A DNA stretch of 64,000 bases. It comes from an archaeon. GTDB lineage: Archaea > Nanobdellota > Nanobdellia > Woesearchaeales > GW2011-AR9. A program made the position numbers and the translations under genes. Of the stretch, positions 1 through 10,069 are shown in pieces (the first letter of the stretch is position 1; the number at the start of each line of letters is the position of its first letter). Under the pieces are notes generated by a model. That model had not been told where the DNA came from. It did not search any database and saw only the letters and a list, made by a program, of their open reading frames with translations. Where the stretch lies: the NCBI GenBank assembly GCA_018696395.1, contig JABHQR010000017.1:39094-103093 (forward strand), read 5' to 3'.

Positions 1-2
1 TT

Positions 3-134
3 ATGGGTATGACTGAAGAAGAATTTATGAAAATTGCGTTAAGTCATGTTGTAAGTCCTCATGTGCATGACCATAGTAAAGTTCAACCAAGTAAGAAACT
101 TTGGGACCAAGATAAGTGGGATAAAACAAAGTAA
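3..134 (+). CDS. C-terminal end (partial, runs off window start) of probable N-acetyl sugar amidotransferase (PseA/WbuX-like)
   Basis: Frame 3 reads MGMTEEEFMKIALSHVVSPH...DKTK then TAA at 132-134. It resembles the G(I/M)TEEEF tail of this family and sits directly before a hisH/hisF-like pair in a glycan locus. Confidence 0.5.
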   Translation: MGMTEEEFMKIALSHVVSPHVHDHSKVQPSKKLWDQDKWDKTK

Positions 135-158
135 TCAATTTATTTTTTTGTTTGTATC

Positions 159-806
159 ATGATAATTGTTATAAATTATGGGATGGGAAATGTGCGTTCA
201 GTAGCCAAAGCTATTGAAAGTTTAGGTGAAGAAGTAATTGTCTCTGAAAATCCTAATGACTTGCGTAAAGCTGATAGGATTGTACTTCCAGGTGTTGGTT
301 CTTTTGGTAAAGGAATATGTAATTTGAAGGATAAAGGTTTTTTAGAAGTATTAAAAGAAGAAGTATTAATTAAAAAAAAACCATTTTTAGGTATCTGTCT
401 TGGGATGCAGTTATTGGCAAAAAATAGTACTGAAAATGGATTTCATGAGGGGTTGGGCTGGGTTCCTTTTGAAGTAAGAAAATTTGAATTTACTAACTTT
501 GCAGGTAGTATGAAATTTAATATTCTAAAAGTTCCACATATGGGCTGGAATGATATCTCTTTTAATGAAAATTGTGTGTTATTTAAAAGAACTAATAAAA
601 AAGCTTGTTTTTATTTTGTTCATAGTTATTATTTGAATATAAGTGAAAACAATAAAGAATTTATTGTTGCTACTTGTGATTATGGATTACCTTTTGTAGC
701 AGCAATCCAAAAAGATAATATTTTTGCAACTCAATTTCATCCTGAAAAGAGCCAGAGGGATGGTTTGAATATATTAAGTAACTTTATAGATTATCAATAT
801 CAATAA
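159..806 (+). CDS. hisH: Glutamine amidotransferase subunit, HisH-like (glycan-locus WbuY type)
   Basis: NYGMGN, LPGVG, GICLGMQ (catalytic Cys), VPHMGWN, YFVHSY and QFHPEKS motifs. Confidence 0.9.
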   Translation: MIIVINYGMGNVRSVAKAIESLGEEVIVSENPNDLRKADRIVLPGVGSFGKGICNLKDKGFLEVLKEEVLIKKKPFLGICLGMQLLAKNSTENGFHEGLGWVPFEVRKFEFTNFAGSMKFNILKVPHMGWNDISFNENCVLFKRTNKKACFYFVHSYYLNISENNKEFIVATCDYGLPFVAAIQKDNIFATQFHPEKSQRDGLNILSNFIDYQYQ

Positions 807-820
807 ACTAAATTATAATT

Positions 821-1597
821 GTGATTTTTACAATAAAGATGGTAAAAAAAAGAATAATTCCCATAATCTTACTCAAAGAAGGTCGTTGTGTAAAAGGTGT
901 TAATTTTAAGGATTTTAGGGATGTGGGGAATCCAACAACTGTAGCTAGGGTTTATGATGCTCAAAAAGCTGACGAGTTAGTGTTTTTGGACATTATGGCA
1001 AATCATGAAGACAGAAGCACTTTATTTGAGGTAGTTAGAAAAACTGCAGATGAATGTTTTATGCCGTTGTGTGTTGGTGGAGGTGTAAAATCAATTAGTG
1101 ATATTAGGGTGCTTTTAAAAAATGGGGCAGATAAAGTTTCTATAAATACTGCAGCTGTAGAAAATCCCACTTTGGTTGAAGAAGCGGTAAAAATATTTGG
1201 TAGTTCTACTATCTTGGTGAGTATTGATGTAAAAAAAACTGAAAAATTTGGTCATGAAGTATTTACCCATTCGGGAACTGTAGCTACAGGTTTAAATGCT
1301 TTAGATTGGGCCAAACAAGTTGAAAGGTTAGGGGCTGGCGAAATTTTAATAACTTCTATTGATCAAGAAGGTACAAGGAATGGATATGATTTAGACCTTG
1401 TTAAAGTTATAGTTAATAATGTTGGTATTCCAGTTATTGCATCGGGAGGAGTTGGTAATTTGAAAGATTTAGAAGATGGTATTAATATAGGTGGTGCATC
1501 TGGAGTGTCATTAGGTAGTATTTTACATTTTACTGATCAAAATGTAATCAAAGCAAGAAATTATTTTAAAACTGTTGGTATTAATGTTAGGATGTAA
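821..1597 (+). CDS. hisF: HisF-like cyclase/ammonia-tunnel subunit (glycan-locus WbuZ type)
   Basis: RIIP...VKG, DELVFLDI, VGGGV, ADKVSINTAA, GAGEILITSID and ASGGVG motifs. Likely start is the ATG at 839. Confidence 0.88.
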   Translation: MIFTIKMVKKRIIPIILLKEGRCVKGVNFKDFRDVGNPTTVARVYDAQKADELVFLDIMANHEDRSTLFEVVRKTADECFMPLCVGGGVKSISDIRVLLKNGADKVSINTAAVENPTLVEEAVKIFGSSTILVSIDVKKTEKFGHEVFTHSGTVATGLNALDWAKQVERLGAGEILITSIDQEGTRNGYDLDLVKVIVNNVGIPVIASGGVGNLKDLEDGINIGGASGVSLGSILHFTDQNVIKARNYFKTVGINVRM

Positions 1598-1676
1598 ATT
1601 TCTTTAAAAAGTGTGTTTATATGATATAATAACTCATAAAATTTATAAGCTAAATTTGTGAATAAATCATATTAAC

Positions 1677-4600
1677 ATGAATAATTATAATCTGTTGAGC
1701 AATCAAAAATTAATGGATGATGGGAATTTGATCTATCTTAGAAATTTAACTGATTTAGATGTTACAGAAGAATATTGTAAATGGTTGAATGATCCTGAAG
1801 TTAATTTATACCTTGAAACTAGAAAAGTTACAATTGAAGAGTTAATTAAGTATGTTAATGATAAAAATAATAATTTAAACTGTTTATTTTTAGGAATATA
1901 TTGTAAAAGTAATGATAAACATATTGGTAATATTAAATTAGAACCAATTGATTTTGTGAATAAGACTGCAACGTTAGGCATATTAATTGGCAATAAGGAT
2001 TATTGGGGCAAAGGAATAGCTACTGAAGCTACAAAATTAATCTCCGATTATGCTTTTAACAAATTAGGTTTAATTGAAGTGAACCTAGGTGTAATTTCAG
2101 AAAATAAAGCTGCAATAAGAGTTTATGAAAAAGTAGGGTTTAAAGTATTTGATATTAAAAAGAATCATATTATTCATAATAATCAAAATTATGACCAAGT
2201 TATGATGAAAATCAATCCAAAAAATGAAAAAATAACTGCAATAATCCAAGCAAGAATGGGGGCTAGTCGATTACCAAATAAAGTGCTTTTACCATTAGTG
2301 GGAAAACCAGTGCTTTGGCATATTGTTAATAGGCTTAAACAGTGTAAAAACATTGATAAGATTGTTATTGCAACTTCAAATAATGAAAAAGATCAGGCAA
2401 TAGAAGATTTTGCTAAGGGTGAATCTATATTATTTACTCGTGGTGATGAAATGGATTTAGTAAGTCGTTTTCACCATACTTGTTTAGAACATAATATTAA
2501 TACATTCGTTCGTGTCACTGCTGATTGTCCTTTTATTGATCCAGAATTAGTTGATAATATGATTGATTACTATCTTAAAAATAAAAATCAATATGATCTA
2601 TTAAGTAATGTTCATCCTGCAACATATCCTGACGGGCTTGATTTAGAAATTATCCCTTTTGAGGCTTTAAAAAAAATGTTTTTAGAAGTTAAAGATTCTT
2701 TTTATAGGGAGTGTTTTACAACTTATTTATTTACTAAATCAGAGTATAAATCTTTAAATTATCCAAATAAATCAGATCAATCTAAAATGAGGTGGACTTT
2801 AGACACTCCTGAAGATTATGAATTTTTTAAGAAGGTATATGGGGGATTATATAAAAATAATAATATCTCTATTTCTAATCTTATTAATCATGAAGATAAT
2901 AATCTTAACAATAGTGGTATTAACAATAATGTTTTTTTAAAGAAAGATATTGAAAATTTTCTTTACAAAAACCCAGAAATAGAAATGATCAATAATAGGT
3001 ATACTAGAAATTATTCAGACCAAGGAAGATTGAAACAAAAAAAAATGGAAGAACAAGAATATAAGAACATATTAATTGTTGGTTGTGGTAATATCGGTTA
3101 TAAACATTTGAAAAATATCAATTCATTTTTCAAAGGTAAAATCTCAGTTTGTGATAATAATGAAAAAATGATTAATGAAGTTAGAACTATTTTTCCACAA
3201 GTAATGTGTTATCAAAATTTAGATGTTGCATTAGAAAAAGAAAAGCCAACACATACTATCATTGCTACACCAAATCATTTACATATATCTTTTGCTATGA
3301 AAGCTTTGCAACATACAAAAAATATTTTTATTGAAAAACCTTTATCACATAATTTAGAAGGTGTTAAGGAATTTTTAGAAGCAGCAAGGAAAAGAAATGT
3401 TAAGGTGATTGCTGGTTTTAATTTAAGGTTCCACCCATTTGTTATAAAACTTAAAGAAGTTATTGATAATAAACAATTAGGTGAAATATATTCAGTAAAT
3501 GTGAATTTTGGTTCTTATCTACCAGATCGTCATCCAGGAAGAGATTATCGAGAAGACTATGTTACAAAAAGATCTTTAGGAGGGGGTGCAATACTTGACG
3601 TGATTCATGAAATAGATTATTTATCTTGGATATTTGGGTTACCACAAAAAGTTTTTGCTTTTGCTGAAAAAAGAAGTAATTTAGAAATGGAAACTGAAGA
3701 TTCTGCAGACATTCTTTTAAGATTAAATCAAAAGAGTGTTATTAATTTCCATTTAGATTTCTTAAGAAGACCCTATACTAGGATTGTAGAAGTTATTGGG
3801 GAAAAAGGAACATTAATAATGGATTTTGCTAAAAATGGTGATTTTGAGTTGGGTGAATTTAAAATATTTAATCCAGTGAAAAAAGAATGGGAAAAAACGA
3901 ATCATAATTTTAATCACGATCAGACTTATCTTTTAGAATTATCTCAATTTGTTAATTTTGATCAAAGTGAAGATAAAATATCTTGTAGGGGGGGATTTGC
4001 AGAAAAAGTTTTGAATGTTGCTTTAGCTGTAAAAGAGTCTGCTAAATGCGGTAAAATAATTAAAATTGAAGAAAACCAAAATGACTTCAATAAAACTAGT
4101 AATTACTATAATAATATTAAAATAGATTCTAATTGTGATGATAATATAAATAAAAATGGAAATTTATTACAAATAAAAGAAACAAGTAAGTTAAAAATCA
4201 ATAAATCTAAAGAACTTTTTGAAGAAGCACAAAAGTTAATTCCTGGGCAATCTCAAACATTAAGTAAAGGATACACCCAATTTGTTCAGGGAGTATCACC
4301 TATATTTGTTCAAAAGGGTAAAGGGAGTCATGTTTTTGATCCTGATGGAAATGAATTTATTGATTATATTCTTGCTCTTGGCCCTATAACTTTAGGTTAT
4401 AACTATCCTAAAACAAATTTTGCGATAATTAAACAACTGGGTGAAGGTATAACTTTTTCTTTACCTCATCCCTTAGAAGTAGAATTAGCTAAGGATATTG
4501 TTGAAACCATTCCTTGTGCTGAAATGGTTCGTTTTGGAAAAAATGGGACTGATGTAACTAGTGCAGCAGTCAAAATTGCTCGAGCTTATACTAAAAAGGA

Positions 4601-5477
4601 AAAGATTGCTTATTGTGGTTATCATGGTGGGAGTGCTGATTGGTTTGGCATAACAACTGCATTGAATAAAGGTGTTCCAAAATGTATGGGTGATTTAATA
4701 ATTGGTTTTGAATATAATAATATAAAGTCTTTAGAAAATATTTTTGCTGAACATCAAGGAGAAATTGCTACAGTTATCATGGAACCAGTTGTGTTTGAAG
4801 AGCCAAAAGATGATTTTTTACAAAAAGTGAAAGATTTAGCTCATAAACATGGTGCAGTATTAATATTTGATGAAATGGTAACTGGTTTTCGAGTATCTTT
4901 AGGTGGAGCTCAAGAATATTATAATGTGACCCCTGATTTAGCAACATTTGGTAAGGGTGTGGCGAATGGAATGCCTTTATCAATCCTATGTGGAAAAAAG
5001 GAGATTATGGAAGAATGTGAAAATGTTTTCTTTTCAATGTCTTTTGGTGGGGAAGTATGTTCATTAGCAGCTGCTAAAACTACAATTCAGGAGTTTAAAG
5101 AAAAAAATGTTATTGCCCATTGTTGGAAACAAGGGAAAAAAATAAAAGAAAAATATAACCAATTATCTAAGCAATATGGTCTTTATTCATTCACTAAATG
5201 TATCGGTTTAGATGTTCATAATAAGTTTGAGTTTAATGATAAAGATGGGGATGAATGGTATGATTTAAAAAGTTTATTTATTCAAGAGACTGCTAAAATG
5301 GGTATTTTATGCAGCACTGTTAATAATTTTTGTTTATCACATTCTGATGAAGATATAAATAAAACATTAAATGCATTTGAAATAATTTTTAAAATAATGA
5401 AAGATGGAATAGGGAATAATAACATTAAAGAATTATTAGAAGGGATACCAGTTAGTCCCGTATTTAGGAAAACTTAA
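1677..5477 (+). CDS. Four-domain fusion: GNAT acetyltransferase + SpsF/PseF-like cytidylyltransferase + Gfo/Idh/MocA oxidoreductase + class III (GSA-type) PLP aminotransferase
   Basis: GNAT: HIGNIKL...GKGIATEA. SpsF: IIQARMGASRLPNKVL, RVTADCPFIDP, RWTLDTPED. Oxidoreductase: LIVGCGNIG, IEKP, GFNLRF, GGGAILD. Aminotransferase: RFGKNGTD, LIFDEMVTGFR, TFGKGVANG. Confidence 0.88.
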   Translation: MNNYNLLSNQKLMDDGNLIYLRNLTDLDVTEEYCKWLNDPEVNLYLETRKVTIEELIKYVNDKNNNLNCLFLGIYCKSNDKHIGNIKLEPIDFVNKTATLGILIGNKDYWGKGIATEATKLISDYAFNKLGLIEVNLGVISENKAAIRVYEKVGFKVFDIKKNHIIHNNQNYDQVMMKINPKNEKITAIIQARMGASRLPNKVLLPLVGKPVLWHIVNRLKQCKNIDKIVIATSNNEKDQAIEDFAKGESILFTRGDEMDLVSRFHHTCLEHNINTFVRVTADCPFIDPELVDNMIDYYLKNKNQYDLLSNVHPATYPDGLDLEIIPFEALKKMFLEVKDSFYRECFTTYLFTKSEYKSLNYPNKSDQSKMRWTLDTPEDYEFFKKVYGGLYKNNNISISNLINHEDNNLNNSGINNNVFLKKDIENFLYKNPEIEMINNRYTRNYSDQGRLKQKKMEEQEYKNILIVGCGNIGYKHLKNINSFFKGKISVCDNNEKMINEVRTIFPQVMCYQNLDVALEKEKPTHTIIATPNHLHISFAMKALQHTKNIFIEKPLSHNLEGVKEFLEAARKRNVKVIAGFNLRFHPFVIKLKEVIDNKQLGEIYSVNVNFGSYLPDRHPGRDYREDYVTKRSLGGGAILDVIHEIDYLSWIFGLPQKVFAFAEKRSNLEMETEDSADILLRLNQKSVINFHLDFLRRPYTRIVEVIGEKGTLIMDFAKNGDFELGEFKIFNPVKKEWEKTNHNFNHDQTYLLELSQFVNFDQSEDKISCRGGFAEKVLNVALAVKESAKCGKIIKIEENQNDFNKTSNYYNNIKIDSNCDDNINKNGNLLQIKETSKLKINKSKELFEEAQKLIPGQSQTLSKGYTQFVQGVSPIFVQKGKGSHVFDPDGNEFIDYILALGPITLGYNYPKTNFAIIKQLGEGITFSLPHPLEVELAKDIVETIPCAEMVRFGKNGTDVTSAAVKIARAYTKKEKIAYCGYHGGSADWFGITTALNKGVPKCMGDLIIGFEYNNIKSLENIFAEHQGEIATVIMEPVVFEEPKDDFLQKVKDLAHKHGAVLIFDEMVTGFRVSLGGAQEYYNVTPDLATFGKGVANGMPLSILCGKKEIMEECENVFFSMSFGGEVCSLAAAKTTIQEFKEKNVIAHCWKQGKKIKEKYNQLSKQYGLYSFTKCIGLDVHNKFEFNDKDGDEWYDLKSLFIQETAKMGILCSTVNNFCLSHSDEDINKTLNAFEIIFKIMKDGIGNNNIKELLEGIPVSPVFRKT

Positions 5478-5483
5478 ACAAAT

Positions 5484-6056
5484 TTGAATGGAGGAATCAA
5501 AATGGGCAAAGAGTTTTTTATTTTTGAGAAGGTATATTTAAGGGGAATAAGAAAAGAAGATTTCACTGAAGGATTATTCTTTTGGGCAAATAATCAAGAC
5601 GTAACATGTTATATGGTTACTGGTTTAAAACCTAGCATTAAAGAGAATATGGAAAAACTTTATTTTGATACTATTAATAATGATAAAGAGATTGTTTTTG
5701 CCATTGTTGATAAAAATAATGATGAAGCGATTGGTTTGGTTGGTCTTTATCAAATAAACCACCAATTAAGATCAGCGGAATTTAGGATTATTATAGGGGA
5801 AAAAAGTTTTTGGGGAAAAGGAATTGGGACTGAATGTACAAAAAAAATAATTAATTATGCTTTTGAAAATATAAATCTTAACAAAATTTGGTTAGGTGTA
5901 AATCATGAAAATATTGGTGCAATAAGATCTTATGAAAAAGCAGGTTTTGTCAATGAAGGAAGATTGAGGCAAGAAATATATCGAAACAATAAGTATTATG
6001 ATGCCATTAGGATGAGTTTTCTTAAAGAAGAGTGGATTAATAAAAATGAAATTTAA
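5484..6056 (+). CDS. GNAT (RimJ/RimL-like) acetyltransferase
   Basis: IGLVGL, FWGKGIGTE, AIRSYEKAGF..EGRLR motifs. A GGAGG SD precedes the ATG at 5502. Confidence 0.85.
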   Translation: MNGGIKMGKEFFIFEKVYLRGIRKEDFTEGLFFWANNQDVTCYMVTGLKPSIKENMEKLYFDTINNDKEIVFAIVDKNNDEAIGLVGLYQINHQLRSAEFRIIIGEKSFWGKGIGTECTKKIINYAFENINLNKIWLGVNHENIGAIRSYEKAGFVNEGRLRQEIYRNNKYYDAIRMSFLKEEWINKNEI

Positions 6057-7077
6057 AGCAGCAGTTATAGGTTGTGGGAGGATTGGATGTGGTTTTGATG
6101 AAGATCCTAAAAGAAAACAGGTATCTACTCATGCAGGGGCTTATTTTTTCAATTCAAATATTGATTTAGTTGCTCTTAGTGATGTTAATGAAGATTTTTT
6201 GAAAAAGTATTCTCAGAGATTTAGTGTCCCTAATACTTATACAAATTATAAGGATATGTTAGAAATAGAAAAACCAGACATTATTTCTATTTGTACTTGG
6301 AATGAAACCCATCATGAAATTGTAAAAGTTGCAGTTGAAAATGGGGTAAAAGCAATATTTTGTGAGAAACCGATTTCAAATTCATTAGATAATGCTAAAG
6401 GGATGATTAATTTTTGTCAAGAAAGGGGAGTTATTTTAATGATTGATCATCAAAGAAGGTTTGATTATACTCATCAAAATATTAAAAATTTTATTAAAGA
6501 AGGAAAATTAGGTAGAATACAGCAAGCAAGTTTTTATTATACTGCTGGCATTGCTAATACTGGTTCACATATGTTTGATTTATTGAGATTTTTTTTTGGA
6601 GATGTTGGATGGATACAAGCTCATAAATCTAATAATTTTTCTCCAAATGAAAAAGATCCTAATTTTGATGGATTAATAAAATTTAAGAATGGGGTCCTTT
6701 GTACCATTCAAGCATGTGATGTCAAAAATTATTTGATATTTGATTTAGATATATTCGGAACCAAAGGGAAAATCAGTCTTTCTAAAGCAGGATTCAAAGT
6801 AGAATATAATGAAATAATAGAAAGTGATCTGTTCTCAGGATATAAAGAATTATCTCAAACTAATTGCCCCATAAAAGAAAAATCACGTGATTTTATGGTG
6901 GATGCAGTAAAGCATTTAGTTGATTGTATCATAAATAAACAAAAGCCAATTTGTTCTGGTGAAGATGGTTTAGCATCCTTAGAATTAATTTGTGCTTTTA
7001 AAGAATCTGCTGAACAAAAAGGTAAAATGATTAGTTTACCTCTTGAGCAATCTCAAATTGAAATTAATTCAAAATAA
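6046..7077 (+). CDS. Gfo/Idh/MocA family NAD-dependent oxidoreductase
   Basis: AVIGCGRIG Rossmann motif, FCEKP, DHQRRF and GSHMFD. Confidence 0.88.
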   Translation: MKFKAAVIGCGRIGCGFDEDPKRKQVSTHAGAYFFNSNIDLVALSDVNEDFLKKYSQRFSVPNTYTNYKDMLEIEKPDIISICTWNETHHEIVKVAVENGVKAIFCEKPISNSLDNAKGMINFCQERGVILMIDHQRRFDYTHQNIKNFIKEGKLGRIQQASFYYTAGIANTGSHMFDLLRFFFGDVGWIQAHKSNNFSPNEKDPNFDGLIKFKNGVLCTIQACDVKNYLIFDLDIFGTKGKISLSKAGFKVEYNEIIESDLFSGYKELSQTNCPIKEKSRDFMVDAVKHLVDCIINKQKPICSGEDGLASLELICAFKESAEQKGKMISLPLEQSQIEINSK

Positions 7078-7111
7078 TAAATTAAAAAATTAAAGATAAA
7101 TGTGAAAATAG

Positions 7112-8389
7112 GTGAAAAAAATGGAAAAATTAGCATTATTAAATGGAATAGCATTAAGACAAAAACCATTCCCAAAACATCCTATGATTGGGATTGAAGA
7201 AAAAAAAGCAGTATTGGAAGTCCTAGAAAGTGGAAAACTATCTACTTTTATTGCTGCACCAGGAAAACATTTTTTAGGTGGTGAAAAAATAAGAGAATTT
7301 GAAAGAATTGTAGCTGAATATCATAATGTGGAATATGCTGTTGCATTTAATTCTGCAACAGCTGCGCTTCATGCTGCGGTTGTTGCTTGTGGTGTCCAAC
7401 CAGGTGAAGAGGTTATTACTACACCTTATACTTTTACTTCTACTGCTACATGTGCACTAATGGCAAATGCAATTCCGGTTTTTGCAGATATATGTGATGA
7501 TGATTATAATATTGATCCAGAAGACATCCTTAAGAAAATCTCTCCTCTTAGTAAAGTGATTATTCCGGTGCACTTGTTTGGGAACTCTGCAAAAATGAAT
7601 CAGATAATCAAGATTGCAAAAGAGAATAATCTTAAAGTGATTGAAGATTGTGCCCAATCCCCAGGTGCTTTATATCAAGGAAGAAAAGTTGGGACAATTG
7701 GTGATTGTGGAATATTATCTTTTACTGAAAATAAAAATATTACTAGTGGTGAGGGGGGAATGTTAATAACTGATAATGAGGAAATTGCACATATTTCTCG
7801 TTTGGTAAGGAATCATGGGGAAGCTATAATCGCTGGCCAGCCAAGAAGTTACAATTCTTCTATCTTAGGGTGGAACTATCGTATGACTGAAGTTGATGCT
7901 GCTATTGGGATTGAACAATTTAAAAAATTAGATTATTTTAATACAGAAAGAATTAAACTTTCAGAATATCTTACCAATAAAATTAATGAAATTCCTGGAT
8001 TAAAAATTCTTCCTTTAGCAGAAAGAAATAAATCTGTATATTATGTGTTGCCAATTGAGTATGATGAAGAGTTAATTGGAATCAAGCGTGATTTATTTGT
8101 TAAAGCATTAGTTGCAGAAGGTATCTCTTTTGGTGCAGGATATGCTAAACCCTTGTATTATAGTCCAATTTATCATGAAAATAAACCTTTTATTTATAAC
8201 TATTATACAGGTAATGCTAATTATGCTCCTGGGAGTTGCCCTATTGCCGAAGAAAAACATTTTAAAAAATTAATAATAACAATTTTGTGTAGGCCCCCAG
8301 CAGATTTTGAAGATATGAATGACATAATTAAGGCAATTAAGAAAGTAATTGAACACAAAGAAGAACTAAACAGGAATGTTAATAACTAA
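7112..8389 (+). CDS. DegT/DnrJ/EryC1/StrS sugar aminotransferase
   Basis: NSATAALH, TTPYTFTSTA, IEDCAQS, SFTENKNITSGEGG (PLP Lys) and GWNYRM. Confidence 0.9.
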   Translation: MKKMEKLALLNGIALRQKPFPKHPMIGIEEKKAVLEVLESGKLSTFIAAPGKHFLGGEKIREFERIVAEYHNVEYAVAFNSATAALHAAVVACGVQPGEEVITTPYTFTSTATCALMANAIPVFADICDDDYNIDPEDILKKISPLSKVIIPVHLFGNSAKMNQIIKIAKENNLKVIEDCAQSPGALYQGRKVGTIGDCGILSFTENKNITSGEGGMLITDNEEIAHISRLVRNHGEAIIAGQPRSYNSSILGWNYRMTEVDAAIGIEQFKKLDYFNTERIKLSEYLTNKINEIPGLKILPLAERNKSVYYVLPIEYDEELIGIKRDLFVKALVAEGISFGAGYAKPLYYSPIYHENKPFIYNYYTGNANYAPGSCPIAEEKHFKKLIITILCRPPADFEDMNDIIKAIKKVIEHKEELNRNVNN

Positions 8390-8391
8390 AA

Positions 8392-9471
8392 TTGAATATG
8401 AAAAAAACAATTAATGTAGGAAATAAAATTATTGGCGAAGGGAACCCTTGTTTTGTAATTGCCGAAGCTGGAGCTAATTGGAAAATAAGTCCAGATAATG
8501 AAATAAATTACAAACACGCTTTAAAATTGATAGATATTGCTGCTGAATCAGGTGCGGATATTGTTAAATTCCAAATCTTTTCAGCAGATAAAATCTATGT
8601 TAAAGATGCAGGATGTGCTAATTATTTGGGTGATGAAAAAAGTATTTATGAAATTATTAAAGATATAGAATTGCCCTATGAATGGATTCCTAACTTGAAA
8701 AAATATTGTGATCAAAAAGAGATCATGTTTTTTGCAAGTCCATTTGATATTGAAGCAGTAGATATTTTAGAGAAAGTTGGTGTGGAATCATATAAAATTG
8801 CTTCATATTCTATTACTGATTTTCCTCTACTAAAACACGTTGCTAATAAAAATAAACCTATCTTTATGTCTACAGGTGCATCTACTCTTGAAGAAGTTGA
8901 AAGAGCTTTTAATTATATTAAAAAATGTGGGAATGATCAACTTATTTTATTACAATGTACTGCAAAATATCCTGCCCCAATGACTTCAATAAATCTTAGG
9001 ACAATTGATACTTTGAAGAGCAAGTTTGGTTGTTTAATTGGATTGTCTGACCATTCAAGAGATCCAATAATAGCGCCAGTTGGAGCAGTTGCATTAGGTG
9101 CAAAAGTTATTGAGAAACATTATACTACTGATAATAATCATGCTGGTCCAGATCATAAGTTTGCAGTATTACCTTTAGAATTAAAAAAAATGGTTGATTC
9201 AATTAGGAAAATGGAAGATGCATTAGGTTCTAATCATAAAATTGTTATTGAAGAAGAAGAAGAACTGAGAAATTTTGCTAGGCATTTTATCTATTCTATT
9301 AAATCAATAAAAAAAGGAGAACTATTCACCTCTGAAAATATTGATACATTAAGATGTGGTAAAAAAGAAAAAGGTTTAGATCCTATTTTTTATGATAATA
9401 TTGTTGGTAAAAGGGCATCGTGTGACATACTTCCTCAAACGCCCATAAATGAAACAGTTGTGGAGAATTAA
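8392..9471 (+). CDS. neuB: Nonulosonic acid synthase (NeuB/PseI/LegI family) with SAF tail
   Basis: IAEAGAN, VKFQ, ASPFD, YKIAS, STG, LLQCTAKYP, GLSDHS and IEKHYT. Confidence 0.92.
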   Translation: MNMKKTINVGNKIIGEGNPCFVIAEAGANWKISPDNEINYKHALKLIDIAAESGADIVKFQIFSADKIYVKDAGCANYLGDEKSIYEIIKDIELPYEWIPNLKKYCDQKEIMFFASPFDIEAVDILEKVGVESYKIASYSITDFPLLKHVANKNKPIFMSTGASTLEEVERAFNYIKKCGNDQLILLQCTAKYPAPMTSINLRTIDTLKSKFGCLIGLSDHSRDPIIAPVGAVALGAKVIEKHYTTDNNHAGPDHKFAVLPLELKKMVDSIRKMEDALGSNHKIVIEEEEELRNFARHFIYSIKSIKKGELFTSENIDTLRCGKKEKGLDPIFYDNIVGKRASCDILPQTPINETVVEN

Positions 9472-9505
9472 TTCTCTTCACTTTAAATTAAGTATTTTAA
9501 ATTAG

Positions 9506-10069
9506 TTGATAATTAAAAACATAATAATCAGCAAGGATTTTTTAATGGAAAATAAAATATATCTCCGGTTTGTTGAAGATGAAGATTTTGATGATCTTTT
9601 AAATTGGCGTAATGATGAATCTACTAGGAAAAGTGCTTTTAATACTCATTTAGTCTCTGAAGAAGAACATTCTAAATGGTTTAATGATGTTATTAACAAT
9701 CCTTTAAAAAACCAGTTTATTATTATGGATCAAAATCAAAATAAAATTGGTCAAATACGTTTTGATAGGGATTCTAATAATATGTATAATTGTCTTGAAA
9801 ATAGAAATACTTCTCCTGGGATCAATTTAAGTCCAGAATATGCTGAAATTGATATAACAATTTCTCCCGATTTTAGAAATAAAGGGTTTGGATTTAAATC
9901 ACTTAACAAATCTTGCTCTTTATATTTAAAAAATTTTAATGTAGAATTTATTGTTGCAAAAATAAAGAACAATAACCTTGCGTCTTTAAAAGCATTTGAA
10001 AAAAGTGGGTTTAAAAATTTTTTAGAATTTCCAGATTATGTTGAATTAAGATTGTACAAAGAAAAATGA
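9506..10069 (+). CDS. GNAT acetyltransferase (PseH-like)
   Basis: LLNWRND..TR, EEH.KWF, IGQIRFD and SLKAFEKSGF. Confidence 0.8.
   Translation: MIIKNIIISKDFLMENKIYLRFVEDEDFDDLLNWRNDESTRKSAFNTHLVSEEEHSKWFNDVINNPLKNQFIIMDQNQNKIGQIRFDRDSNNMYNCLENRNTSPGINLSPEYAEIDITISPDFRNKGFGFKSLNKSCSLYLKNFNVEFIVAKIKNNNLASLKAFEKSGFKNFLEFPDYVELRLYKEK

Noticed and set aside
159-1597. hisH/hisF as histidine biosynthesis genes
   Set aside because: No other his biosynthetic genes are adjacent. They sit inside a nonulosonic-acid locus after an amidotransferase-like tail, the known glycan-tailoring context.
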